Shown here: positions 1 through 9,675 of the stretch, piece after piece
Layout: the number at the start of each line of letters is the position of its first letter
How positions within the stretch are numbered: position 1 is the first letter of the stretch
Source: Candidatus Phycorickettsia trachydisci
GTDB taxonomy: Bacteria > Pseudomonadota > Alphaproteobacteria > Rickettsiales > Rickettsiaceae
Reading direction: 5' to 3'
NCBI GenBank assembly: GCA_945875085.1
Contig: CAMCJU010000001.1
Location: 1 to 25,633 of the forward strand
Length of the DNA: 25,633 bases
The notes under the pieces: generated by a model
The model's database searches: none
What the model was told of the DNA's origin: nothing
Seen by the model: the letters and a program-made list of their open reading frames with translations, nothing else
Made by a program: the position numbers and the translations under genes

Positions 1-1480
1 TAAACCCTAAAATCGCATTAATTAAATTTTGGCGCCTGCGTTTTTTTTCTTGTTGAAAAGTCAAAAAAGTCTTTTGATCTTTAATACCAACCCATCCCCC
101 AGGCTGCTTTAATAAATAATGGCTAGTAAATAAAAATATGACATTAGCAACTATCCCAGGTATAAAGCTATCAAGATCGATATGAGAAAGATAGATTTTC
201 CAGATTGTTACAGTAGAAGCTGCGGCAAACATTCCAATTAACACTGATTTCTCTGAGCTCCTAAAGCCAAAAATGGCCAATAAAAATGCAGGAGTTACGA
301 TTGGAACATACAGACCCCATGCTAACATCATCAGCTCAAGTACGCTTTGAAGTTTGAGCGCAAAGTATATAGCGCATGCACCAGATATTACGGCAAAAAT
401 TCTAGAAACCAGAAGTTCATTATTCGTCCACTTAAATCCTAGGGGCTTGCATAAATCATGAGCAAAGATTACCGACATAGAGCTGATTAGTGAATCAGCT
501 GAGGACATGATCATAGACATAATACCTACCGCAATCATGCCTTTAAAGCCAGAATAAGTATAGTGATTAACGATGTAGCTTATTAAATTATCAGGATCAA
601 GATTTGGATTATCTGATAAAACAAATACCCCCAGGGCTGCAATTACAAGCTGTATTACTAAGCAAATCAAACCGGCTAATTTAAATGCGCGTGCCACTTG
701 AGCTGTACTACTTGCCATAGAGACTCGTTGAAAAATCATTGGACCAAATTCGGGAATTAGAAAAAATGCCATTAATGAAAGCATTTTATATAACTTGATG
801 TTAGTAAAATCAAGCAAATCTCTATAGTCGAATAAAGGGCTGGTTTCGATTGTGCGAATAACTGAGCCGTGATCGCTCAATGCCTCCCATGCTATAGTTG
901 CAACAATAGGAATAATGCAGCCAAAAGTAAAAAACTGGATTATGTCTGTAAAAGTCACTGCCCTTATTCCTCCAAATGCTGAATAAAGGATCACTATCGT
1001 AGCGCTAAGTATTGTTGCGTATGTTCCTGAAGTATTAAAAATTAGCTCTAATATCTTGGAGGAAACTTTAAATTGGACCCCTAGTATTCCTATAGAGCTT
1101 ATTATGCCAGCTACTACGGTCACTAGCCTTGCTTTGCTGCCAAAGAGGTCCCCCATTGCCTCAGCTATGGAAAGCTTGCCCAAAAACTCTCCCATCCTAG
1201 GGGCAAATACATATCCTATAACTAGAAATACAAGGGAATCACCCAGCGCTGGGATTAAAAATGCTATCCCTTGTCTGTAAGTTTCAATTAACGTATATGA
1301 AAAAAAGCCAGCCCCACACCATGTGGCAACAAGTGTTGCAACTATTGTTGCTGTGGAGAAATTTCTATTACCAATAGCATATTCTCTTATATTAGTAACG
1401 CCTCTAGAGTAACTTAAGCCAACTAATAAATTAACTATTAAAAAGCTAGAAAAAATAGCCAAATCCAAATCGAAGTTCAT
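1..1480 (-). CDS. Sodium:solute symporter (SSS/PutP-like) family protein, 3'-truncated by window edge
   Basis: Translated by hand from ATG at 1480 (MNFDLDLAIFSSFLIVNLLVGLSYSRGVTNIREYAIGNRNFSTATIVATLVATWCGAG...). The same frame is open at base 2 (...KQPGGWVGIKDQKTF...KKRRRQNLINAILGF). Contains many TM segments and SSS-like motifs (YSAFGGIRAVTFTDIIQF, MSSADS). Not in the ORF track because the stop lies outside the window. Confidence 0.9.
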   Translation of the reverse strand, partial: MNFDLDLAIFSSFLIVNLLVGLSYSRGVTNIREYAIGNRNFSTATIVATLVATWCGAGFFSYTLIETYRQGIAFLIPALGDSLVFLVIGYVFAPRMGEFLGKLSIAEAMGDLFGSKARLVTVVAGIISSIGILGVQFKVSSKILELIFNTSGTYATILSATIVILYSAFGGIRAVTFTDIIQFFTFGCIIPIVATIAWEALSDHGSVIRTIETSPLFDYRDLLDFTNIKLYKMLSLMAFFLIPEFGPMIFQRVSMASSTAQVARAFKLAGLICLVIQLVIAALGVFVLSDNPNLDPDNLISYIVNHYTYSGFKGMIAVGIMSMIMSSADSLISSMSVIFAHDLCKPLGFKWTNNELLVSRIFAVISGACAIYFALKLQSVLELMMLAWGLYVPIVTPAFLLAIFGFRSSEKSVLIGMFAAASTVTIWKIYLSHIDLDSFIPGIVANVIFLFTSHYLLKQPGGWVGIKDQKTFLTFQQEKKRRRQNLINAILGF

Positions 1481-1691
1481 TTTTAAGGTCAACAAAACAA
1501 TATTATTTAATGTAATTGTTTTATAACATATTTTCTGTAGCCTGCGCAATAATAAAATCTTATAAATTATGGCGTCGACTTTACGTTCAAAACTTTTCTA
1601 CAACCTAAGGTTTACTTTAAGAGAGCTCATAACTAAAGCATTTATTTTCTTCATCTTTTAGTAAAATATTTTTGATTTTCTTAAGCTTTAA

Positions 1692-2447
1692 TTAGCGTTT
1701 TATCGCAAAGGTAACAAACTCTTGATTACCCTTTACTCCTAAGATAGGACTGGGAAGCGTGCCGATTACCTCAAAATTACATTTATTTATTAGCCAGCTA
1801 CCAACACTATCGCAAGCCTCCTTGTGGCTAGCGGCATCTATGACTATACCGCCCAAGGGGATTTTATCCTGCGGCAGTTCAAACTGAGGCTTGATTAAAG
1901 CGATAAGTATGCCGCCCTGCTTTAGTAGCCCAAGACATGCTGGTAGCGCTGTTCTCAGGCCTATAAAACTCAGATCACAAACTATCACATCTAGCGGCTC
2001 AGGTATGAGATCTCTTGACAGGTGCCTGACGTTAGTTTTCTCCAGCAGGGCAATCTTAGGATTACCGCGCAGCTTGCTTGAAAACTCGCCATACGCAACA
2101 TCAACGCAGTAAATAAATTTAGCGCCATACTCCAGTAAAACTTGGGTAAAGCCTCCAGTGCTGCATCCCAGATCGGCGCATATCATTTGACCTACATCGA
2201 TCTTAAAATGCACAATCGCAGCCTTAAGCTTTAAAGCTGAGCGCGCTACGTAATCATGACCTTTAGGGTTTTTAACCTTTATGTCAATTCTGTCTTGTCT
2301 TATGAGCATGCCGGCTTTTTGCAGCTGCCTTGATTGGTCGTGTACTAGGCCTTGCATACACAGACTTTGAGCCTCTTTGATCGAGCAGCTCAGCCCTAGA
2401 TCTACCAAATACTGATCTAAGCGAATTTTTACAGGAAATTTTGACAT
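1692..2447 (-). CDS. tlyA: TlyA family rRNA 2'-O-methyltransferase (S4 + FtsJ-like domain)
   Basis: N-terminal RLDQYLV S4-like domain, YVARSALKL (variant of YVSRGGLKL), DLGCSTGGFTQVLL SAM-binding motif, DLSFIGL, LIKPQFE, GNQEF. Confidence 0.93.
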   Translation of the reverse strand: MSKFPVKIRLDQYLVDLGLSCSIKEAQSLCMQGLVHDQSRQLQKAGMLIRQDRIDIKVKNPKGHDYVARSALKLKAAIVHFKIDVGQMICADLGCSTGGFTQVLLEYGAKFIYCVDVAYGEFSSKLRGNPKIALLEKTNVRHLSRDLIPEPLDVIVCDLSFIGLRTALPACLGLLKQGGILIALIKPQFELPQDKIPLGGIVIDAASHKEACDSVGSWLINKCNFEVIGTLPSPILGVKGNQEFVTFAIKR

Positions 2448-2448
2448 T

Positions 2449-3768
2449 TTATTTGCCGATACAAAAAGAGCTAAAGATTTCGCCTAAAATTTCATCAACG
2501 CTAATTTTACCGGTTATGAAACTAAGATGCCTAACTGCCTGACGTATATCTTCAACGCTAAGTACTAAGTCTTTTGATAGGTTGAAGTTTTCCAGATTTT
2601 GCAAAGCAAGTTCAATATTTTGTCTATATCTGGCCCTAGTGATGCTAGGATTTTCGCCTTTGCCTGCAACAGAAGCAGCAGTCAGCTTTATTTTTTGCAT
2701 TAAGCCTTGAAGGTTAAAAGAGGTTTTTAACGAGATATAAATAGAATTATCTTTAGGTATATGATCTAGCAAATCAGTTTTGTTGACAACGATAATGGTT
2801 TGATCATCTAAGATCTGCTTAATATCAGAATCAAGCTTGTTGATATCGACTTCAGGGCTAAGCAACAAGATTTTGATATCTGCCTGGCCAGCTTTTTCGA
2901 TTGCTCTTTTGATTCCTTCTTGCTCTATCAAGTCTTTTGTTGCTTGCCTGATACCTGCTGTATCAACTATGCATATAGGGTAGCCTTCAAGGTCAATAAA
3001 AGTTTCAATCGCATCTCTAGTGGTTCCTGCAATCTCAGAGACTATTGCAACATCTCTGGCGGCTAAATAATTCATCAGGCTAGACTTGCCTACATTTGGA
3101 GGTCCAAAAATTGCTAAATTTATGCCATTTCTTAGTTTTTCACCTCTTTTATTGTCATTTAAATGATTACGCAGTTCTGATTTTAATCGCTCTAACTCGA
3201 TGTCTATTTCGCCTAAGAGACTAAGGGGAATTTCCTCATCGGGAAAGTCAATAAATGCCTCTAGATAGGCCATGATTTTAAGCAGCCCAGCGCGCCAATT
3301 TTCATATATCGCCCCAAGCCTTCCGCTCATTTGACCGATTGCTTGGCTATGTTGCATTGCGGTTTCCGCATCGATTAAATCAGCAATTCCTTCTGCGCTA
3401 GTCAGATCGATTTTGCCATTTAAAAAAGCTCTTTTACTGAACTCTCCAGGATCGGCTAAGCGCAAAAACTCAATCTTACTCAAAGCTTCTGTAATAATTT
3501 TAGAAATAGCAATGCTGCCATGGAGGTATAGCTCGACTACCTCTTCGCCAGTAAAGCTATTTTGTTGCTGAAAATAAATGACAATGCCTTGATCGATTAT
3601 TTTGTCACTCAAAGGATAAAAAATTTTAGTATAATAAGCTTTTCTAGGTTCAAATGAATCTTTTTTTGTTAGCATTTTTAAAAGCTCCAAAGCCTTATTG
3701 CCAGATATTCGATATACTGTAATACCGGATTTGCCATAAGCCGAACTTTGAGCAAAAATGGTAGTCAT
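2449..3768 (-). CDS. mnmE: tRNA modification GTPase MnmE (TrmE)
   Basis: FTGEEVVELYLHG, PGEFSKRAFLNGKIDL, G-motifs GPPNVGKSS / GTTRD / DTAG / NKTD, C-terminal IFSSFCIGK. Stop is 1 bp upstream of the tlyA ATG. Confidence 0.97.
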   Translation of the reverse strand: MTTIFAQSSAYGKSGITVYRISGNKALELLKMLTKKDSFEPRKAYYTKIFYPLSDKIIDQGIVIYFQQQNSFTGEEVVELYLHGSIAISKIITEALSKIEFLRLADPGEFSKRAFLNGKIDLTSAEGIADLIDAETAMQHSQAIGQMSGRLGAIYENWRAGLLKIMAYLEAFIDFPDEEIPLSLLGEIDIELERLKSELRNHLNDNKRGEKLRNGINLAIFGPPNVGKSSLMNYLAARDVAIVSEIAGTTRDAIETFIDLEGYPICIVDTAGIRQATKDLIEQEGIKRAIEKAGQADIKILLLSPEVDINKLDSDIKQILDDQTIIVVNKTDLLDHIPKDNSIYISLKTSFNLQGLMQKIKLTAASVAGKGENPSITRARYRQNIELALQNLENFNLSKDLVLSVEDIRQAVRHLSFITGKISVDEILGEIFSSFCIGK

Positions 3769-3825
3769 TTTAGTCCTTATGAAAAATTATAATAGTTACC
3801 TTGTCTAATTTTTAGTATAATTTAA

Positions 3826-4896
<1,071 letters not shown>

Positions 4897-4899
4897 TTT

Positions 4900-5757
4900 A
4901 TGGCTTTATTTGATAATAGAATAAAAACTAGTCAAAGTGCTAGGTTGTATCAAAGAGCAATTAGTTTGCTGCAGAAAAACACGCTCCTTGGCTTGGTGGT
5001 TTTCTGGCTTATTGTTATAAAAACTCTAAACCCCAATACTTATAATAATGACTTGTTGCTGCAAGTCTCTGGTGGACTTTATAGTGTAACAAATAAAATA
5101 GCATTCTACTTGGATGGTGGCTTTAAAAGCATGGCGAAATATTTTGCATCAGCGCAAGCATTAGATAACGAAAACAAACTCTTGCGCCAAGAGATATCGC
5201 TTTTAAATGATAAATTAGTGGATTTTGAGTTGATACAGAAGTATGATTTAGAATTAAAGAGATTGCTGAATTTTGTATCTTTGCCAGAAGTTAATTATGT
5301 GTCGGCTAGACTGCTCTCGATAGTAAATTCTGCTCAAGGACCATATGGACTGATTAGTTGCGGTAAAGATAGCGGTATTGCTGTTGGAGATATGGTTGTT
5401 GCTGATAAGGGATTAATAGGAAAAATAGCCCAAGTAAGTGGTTCATTTGCTAAGGTCTTGTTAGTTACTAATTCCAAGTTTCGCACGCCAATAATAACAT
5501 CTTCAGGGCAAAAAGCTATTTTGGTAGGTGATCAATCGCAGCCATATATATTGTACTTAAAAAACATGGCAGAAGTAAAGATACAGGACTTAATTGTCAC
5601 CTTAGGTGATAAGGATAGCTTGCTTGTAGATATTCCCGTTGGAAAAGTTAGTAACATAGAAGATAAAGTTTATCTCAAGTTCATTAGCGATATAGATAAT
5701 GTTAATTTTGTTAGTGTATTAAAAATGAAAAAAGATGAGTCATATGATTCAAATTGA
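4900..5757 (+). CDS. mreC: Rod shape-determining protein MreC
   Basis: Directly downstream of mreB (3 bp gap). N-terminal TM, coiled coil (LDNENKLLRQE...LKRLLNF), G-x-x-x-GI-x-VG-x-x-V...GLIGKI motif of the MreC beta domain. Confidence 0.88.
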   Translation: MALFDNRIKTSQSARLYQRAISLLQKNTLLGLVVFWLIVIKTLNPNTYNNDLLLQVSGGLYSVTNKIAFYLDGGFKSMAKYFASAQALDNENKLLRQEISLLNDKLVDFELIQKYDLELKRLLNFVSLPEVNYVSARLLSIVNSAQGPYGLISCGKDSGIAVGDMVVADKGLIGKIAQVSGSFAKVLLVTNSKFRTPIITSSGQKAILVGDQSQPYILYLKNMAEVKIQDLIVTLGDKDSLLVDIPVGKVSNIEDKVYLKFISDIDNVNFVSVLKMKKDESYDSN

Positions 5758-7672
5758 ATATTTAAACGAAGCTGATTTAGACGGTTTTAAGATAGATCTG
5801 TCCAAACCTGACAAAGGTAGTAATGAATTTTTGCAATACTATAGTGTTATAAATAGCCATACGCAGCAGCGTTATACTATTGTAGCCTTTGTAAACGAGA
5901 TTCCATCTAATGCTAAATGGATCAGGGTGCTTAACAAAGAGCGTCCTTTAGAAACTATTGCGCCAGAAAAATTTGGCTTAGTAACCTTTGAAGAATATGA
6001 TGTTACCTTACCTATTGCTATTTTTAAGCCGCTTGATTATAGCACTAATTTGCAGGCTTATGTCAAGCAAAATGGCCCCTTGTCATTAGAGCTTATTACT
6101 CAAAAATTACTCCCTAGCCTCATCAAGCTTTTAAATATTGCAAATCGCTACAATCTAGCATATGGAAATATAGCTCCTGAAAATATCCTGATTACCAATA
6201 GCGGTAATTTTGTCTTGCGGGAATGTTTTGCTGGGATAAATTTTCAAGTCAAGCAACGATGTTTCATCGCGCCAGAACTAATTGATTGCCCAGAATTTGC
6301 CTCCGCAAGAAGTAGTGCTAATGATTTATATGCCCTTGGCGTTACGCTTTATTATGCAGCAACAGGCGATTGTTTTTGGGATGCTCAGGATGTGGGTAAA
6401 TATAATGCCTTGCGTCTGCAAAATGGCACCTTGCCTTTATTAAAGCAGTTAAAAAAATTACCGCCATTTTTAGCTCAAGTTATAATTGGATTGGTAAGTA
6501 ATGTTAGTAGTCGATTTGATTTGGAGGCGTTCCTAGCGAAGTTAGATCAAAAAAATAATGATCGATGTGGCAATCTCCATAATATGGCAGAGCAAGAAAT
6601 TAAAATTTATTTTAATAATAAAAAGTGCTTAAATTTTCAATTTTTAGCTCATGAGCTATTTTCTCATTGGCAAGAAGCTTTGCGCTTTGTACAAGAAGAC
6701 AATACTCTAAAATATCTTTTGGAGAAAAAGAATCATCCGGGCCTTGAGGGTAGCAATTTACCTCATCTTAATTCGCAATCTAAATTAAAGACCTTGCTGC
6801 AGATTATAGACCCCTATGCCCCTATTAGAAGCGATGGCTTTGCCATTGGTTTGTGGGCGGTTCCAGATGCCTTAACTTGCGCTTATATTTCTAAAGACGA
6901 GGAGTTTTTAGCAAAAATTATAGGGGTTGTTGCTGATTGGTTAAATTTGACAAAATATCTTGCGATGGATCTTGGTGGTGATATGAGCATTGCTCTTAAA
7001 AATGCCTCCTCTATCTATGACTCAAAAGATGCATTCTTTGGAATTGAGCGCCTCTTGTATATGACTAACAAATACTTGCACTGTCTTAGTGAGGTAATTT
7101 TTGCCCAGCGGGCGTTAACTCTTGAGGGCTGCTTAACTCTTTTGGAGGAAAAAATTCAGCAAGATAAGTTTGAGTTAGACAATCATTTAATTGCATTTAT
7201 GGCCGACAGGCTAGGTCTGTCAAATGTTATGATGCAAAGCCAAAGGTATAGCGATATTGCGCAGGCTCCAAGTTTGAAGTTTATATATTTGCTAGCTTTA
7301 GCACAAAAGACTTTGCCTAATATAAAGATTGTTAATTTATGTAAATATTTTGTTTCTGATGTTATAGAAAGATTAGATAACAGTTTATATAACTTAGATA
7401 CTAAAAGCAAACTCAGCAAGAGCTTAATACGATATGCTGAAAATAGTCAGGCTGGTAAAATATTTGAAACTGCAATAAATCAAAAGTTGCATGACCAAGA
7501 TGATGCTGGATTTACAATAGCTTGTCAGAAAATACAATATTTAAATCGACAAATTTTAAAATTGGAAAATCAGTCTATGGAAGCTGAAAATTTATTATTT
7601 GATGCTCAAAAGGTGACAGTAGTATTTTCCTACTTAATCTGCTTAATTATCAGTTTGGTTATAATAATATGA
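5735..7672 (+). CDS. Ser/Thr protein-kinase-like fold protein (probable pseudokinase) with long helical C-terminal region and C-terminal TM anchor
   Basis: Subdomain VIb-like LAYGNIAPENILI, VIII-like FIAPE, IX-like NDLYALGVTLYYAATG. No GxGxxG, VAIK Lys, HRD Asp or DFG recognisable. Terminal hydrophobic helix VTVVFSYLICLIISLVIII. Start could alternatively be the ATG at 5744. Confidence 0.75.
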   Translation: MSHMIQIEYLNEADLDGFKIDLSKPDKGSNEFLQYYSVINSHTQQRYTIVAFVNEIPSNAKWIRVLNKERPLETIAPEKFGLVTFEEYDVTLPIAIFKPLDYSTNLQAYVKQNGPLSLELITQKLLPSLIKLLNIANRYNLAYGNIAPENILITNSGNFVLRECFAGINFQVKQRCFIAPELIDCPEFASARSSANDLYALGVTLYYAATGDCFWDAQDVGKYNALRLQNGTLPLLKQLKKLPPFLAQVIIGLVSNVSSRFDLEAFLAKLDQKNNDRCGNLHNMAEQEIKIYFNNKKCLNFQFLAHELFSHWQEALRFVQEDNTLKYLLEKKNHPGLEGSNLPHLNSQSKLKTLLQIIDPYAPIRSDGFAIGLWAVPDALTCAYISKDEEFLAKIIGVVADWLNLTKYLAMDLGGDMSIALKNASSIYDSKDAFFGIERLLYMTNKYLHCLSEVIFAQRALTLEGCLTLLEEKIQQDKFELDNHLIAFMADRLGLSNVMMQSQRYSDIAQAPSLKFIYLLALAQKTLPNIKIVNLCKYFVSDVIERLDNSLYNLDTKSKLSKSLIRYAENSQAGKIFETAINQKLHDQDDAGFTIACQKIQYLNRQILKLENQSMEAENLLFDAQKVTVVFSYLICLIISLVIII

Positions 7673-8196
7673 ATTTAATTTTTCAATATCTATTTCCTAG
7701 TAATTCGCAAGCCAAAAGACAGATGGGTTTAATTAGTATTTTAATCCAGATATTACTGTCTATTTTGTTGTTGCTGTTTATGAGTTTGTCGACTTCTGCG
7801 TTTATATTTTTTAGTATGGCAATTATACCAACTATAATTTTCATGTTTTTAGATAGTAGAAAATCCTATAAATTTGAATTTGCTACCGTTAGCGCTTTTA
7901 ATTTATTGGGAATTTTGCCTTACTTAATAACAATGATTGCTAATTGGCGCGGTTTGGAAACTTACGCTGTTGTTTTTTTGCTAGAGCCTAAGACATGGCT
8001 TATCATATATGGCTCAAGCTTGATGGGGAAGTTGATTTATGTATTATTGCCTAAAGTAATTTCTGGCTATCAGGTGCGAAAATTTCATGAGCAAAAAATG
8101 AAATTGATCTTTGAGAAAAATGCACTCAGGAAGCTTTGGGGTATAGGGGCCTCAGATTTAAGCGCTAAAGAAACGCTAAATAAAAATGATACATAA
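7669..8196 (+). CDS. Uncharacterised multi-pass membrane protein
   Basis: 175 aa with several hydrophobic segments and a charged C-terminal helix ending LRKLWG. ATGA overlap with the kinase-like gene stop. Confidence 0.75.
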   Translation: MNLIFQYLFPSNSQAKRQMGLISILIQILLSILLLLFMSLSTSAFIFFSMAIIPTIIFMFLDSRKSYKFEFATVSAFNLLGILPYLITMIANWRGLETYAVVFLLEPKTWLIIYGSSLMGKLIYVLLPKVISGYQVRKFHEQKMKLIFEKNALRKLWGIGASDLSAKETLNKNDT

Positions 8197-8794
8197 TCAC
8201 TTAAATAACGCCATTGTCTCAACTAATAGTTATGTTTTCGACTTTCTCAAGGATAATATGCCTCAGGTTAGTTTTCAGTTACTTGAAGGGCAAGATCAAT
8301 TAGATGATTTTCTAAGCGCCAATCTTGCGATAAATATCTTAATTCTTGATGCGGTGCTAGATTTTTCATCTGCTATTATAAGGAGCAAAAACTCTATTAA
8401 TTTAACTGACATTCCAATCAAGGCAAGTCTTAAGTTAGAAAAACCTTTTGAGATATCAGCTCTGATTATTAATATAGGCCATTATGACCTTGATGATGGT
8501 ATATTTTGCTGCCTTAATGATTCATTACTTTACAGCCAAAAAGCCTCGCGAGTAATTAATACTAATGATGGGCAGATCGTTAGTCTTACGGCAAAAGAAA
8601 ATCAAATCATAGCGCAGTTGCTTTGTGCGAGAAATTTTACCTTGATCAAGAGCCAAATTATTGCTGAAATTTGGCCTAATTACAGCACCGCGCAATCAAC
8701 TTTAGAATTTCATTTACTAAACTTAAAGAACAAGCTCGATATAATTGAGGTATCAGATCATTATGTTAAGATATTATTTTTAAGGAATTCATAG
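8186..8794 (+). CDS. OmpR/PhoB-type winged-helix protein with degenerate receiver-like N-terminus
   Basis: C-terminal VSLTAKENQIIAQLL...IIAEIW...TLEFHLLNLKNKL matches the OmpR-type DNA-binding pattern. ILILD and KPF resemble receiver beta3 and beta5 motifs. Confidence 0.7.
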   Translation: MIHNHLNNAIVSTNSYVFDFLKDNMPQVSFQLLEGQDQLDDFLSANLAINILILDAVLDFSSAIIRSKNSINLTDIPIKASLKLEKPFEISALIINIGHYDLDDGIFCCLNDSLLYSQKASRVINTNDGQIVSLTAKENQIIAQLLCARNFTLIKSQIIAEIWPNYSTAQSTLEFHLLNLKNKLDIIEVSDHYVKILFLRNS

Positions 8795-8834
8795 CTCTTG
8801 GTTTTGTCCTAAAAGCTTTATGTACTATTTGCAT

Positions 8835-8863
8835 TTAGCAAACTTAAACTTTAAAGGTATAAT
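8835..8863 (+). promoter_or_regulatory. Candidate sigma70 promoter for map
   Basis: TTAGCA(8835-8840)-N17-TATAAT(8858-8863), about 30 bp upstream of the map ATG. The -35 element is only a partial match and the DNA is AT-rich. Confidence 0.45.
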
Positions 8864-8892
8864 GATATTAAAAAATTAGCAATATTTAAGAC

Positions 8893-9675
8893 ATGAAAAT
8901 CAAAATTCACTCGCCGGAAGATTTTATTAAAATGCGTCAGGCTGGTAAATTAGCGGCCCAAGTTCTAGATTATATCACTAGCCATGTCCAGCCAGAAGTT
9001 ACCACTAACTACTTGAACGATCTATGCCATAATTTCATTATTGAAAATGGCGCCATTCCTGCGCCGCTAAATTATCGCGGCTTTCCCAAATCAATTTGCA
9101 CATCTGTTAATCACGTTGTATGTCATGGTATACCAAATGATAGAACGCTCAAAGATGGGGACATAATTAATATTGATGTAACTGTTATTTTAGATGGATG
9201 GTACGGAGATACTAGCAGAATGTTTTATGTTGGGGAAGTTGGCATAAAAGCTAAAAGATTGACCCAGGCTACCTATGAGGCTATGATGCTGGGCATCTTT
9301 CAAGTAAAGCCTGGTGCTAGGTTTGGTGATATAGGCTATGCTATACAATCTTATGTTGAAAAGCTTGGTTTTTCAGTAGTAAGGGACTTTGCAGGTCATG
9401 GCATTGGCCGAGTGTTTCATGACGAGCCAAATGTATTGCACTATGGCAGGCAAGATACAGGAGCATTAATTAAAGAGGGCATGTTTTTTACCATTGAGCC
9501 CATGGTAAATAGCGGCAAGCCCCAAACTATAATCAGCAAACTAGATGGCTGGACAGCAATCACTAGAGATCGATCTTTATCTGCCCAATTTGAGCATACT
9601 ATAGGCGTTACGAGTACTGGATTTGAAATTTTTACTTTATCTGATAAGAATTTTAACGCCCCCCCCGTATTATGA
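8893..9675 (+). CDS. map: Type I methionine aminopeptidase
   Basis: GFPKSICTSVNHVVCHGIP, DGDIINIDVTV, GWYGDTSRMF, GHGIG, FTIEPM, SAQFEHT metal-ligand motifs. Confidence 0.98.
   Translation: MKIKIHSPEDFIKMRQAGKLAAQVLDYITSHVQPEVTTNYLNDLCHNFIIENGAIPAPLNYRGFPKSICTSVNHVVCHGIPNDRTLKDGDIINIDVTVILDGWYGDTSRMFYVGEVGIKAKRLTQATYEAMMLGIFQVKPGARFGDIGYAIQSYVEKLGFSVVRDFAGHGIGRVFHDEPNVLHYGRQDTGALIKEGMFFTIEPMVNSGKPQTIISKLDGWTAITRDRSLSAQFEHTIGVTSTGFEIFTLSDKNFNAPPVL

Noticed and set aside
1056-1280. Short antisense ORFs in the track (1056, 1891, 3812, 7183, 9441, 10707, 15103, 16922, 17213, 17806, 20747, 22458, 23029, 24012, 24634) and alternative-frame ORFs (12027, 22997)
   Set aside because: All lie wholly or largely over well-supported genes or the palindromic spacer, are 60-98 aa, and show no recognisable motifs. 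Shadow ORFs.
1481-1691. 210-bp spacer as a possible tRNA, ncRNA or gene remnant
   Set aside because: No cloverleaf, no convincing stem-loops, and only short interrupted reading frames.
1692-2447. TlyA as a haemolysin or virulence factor
   Set aside because: The sequence supports only the methyltransferase fold. Haemolytic activity cannot be inferred from it.
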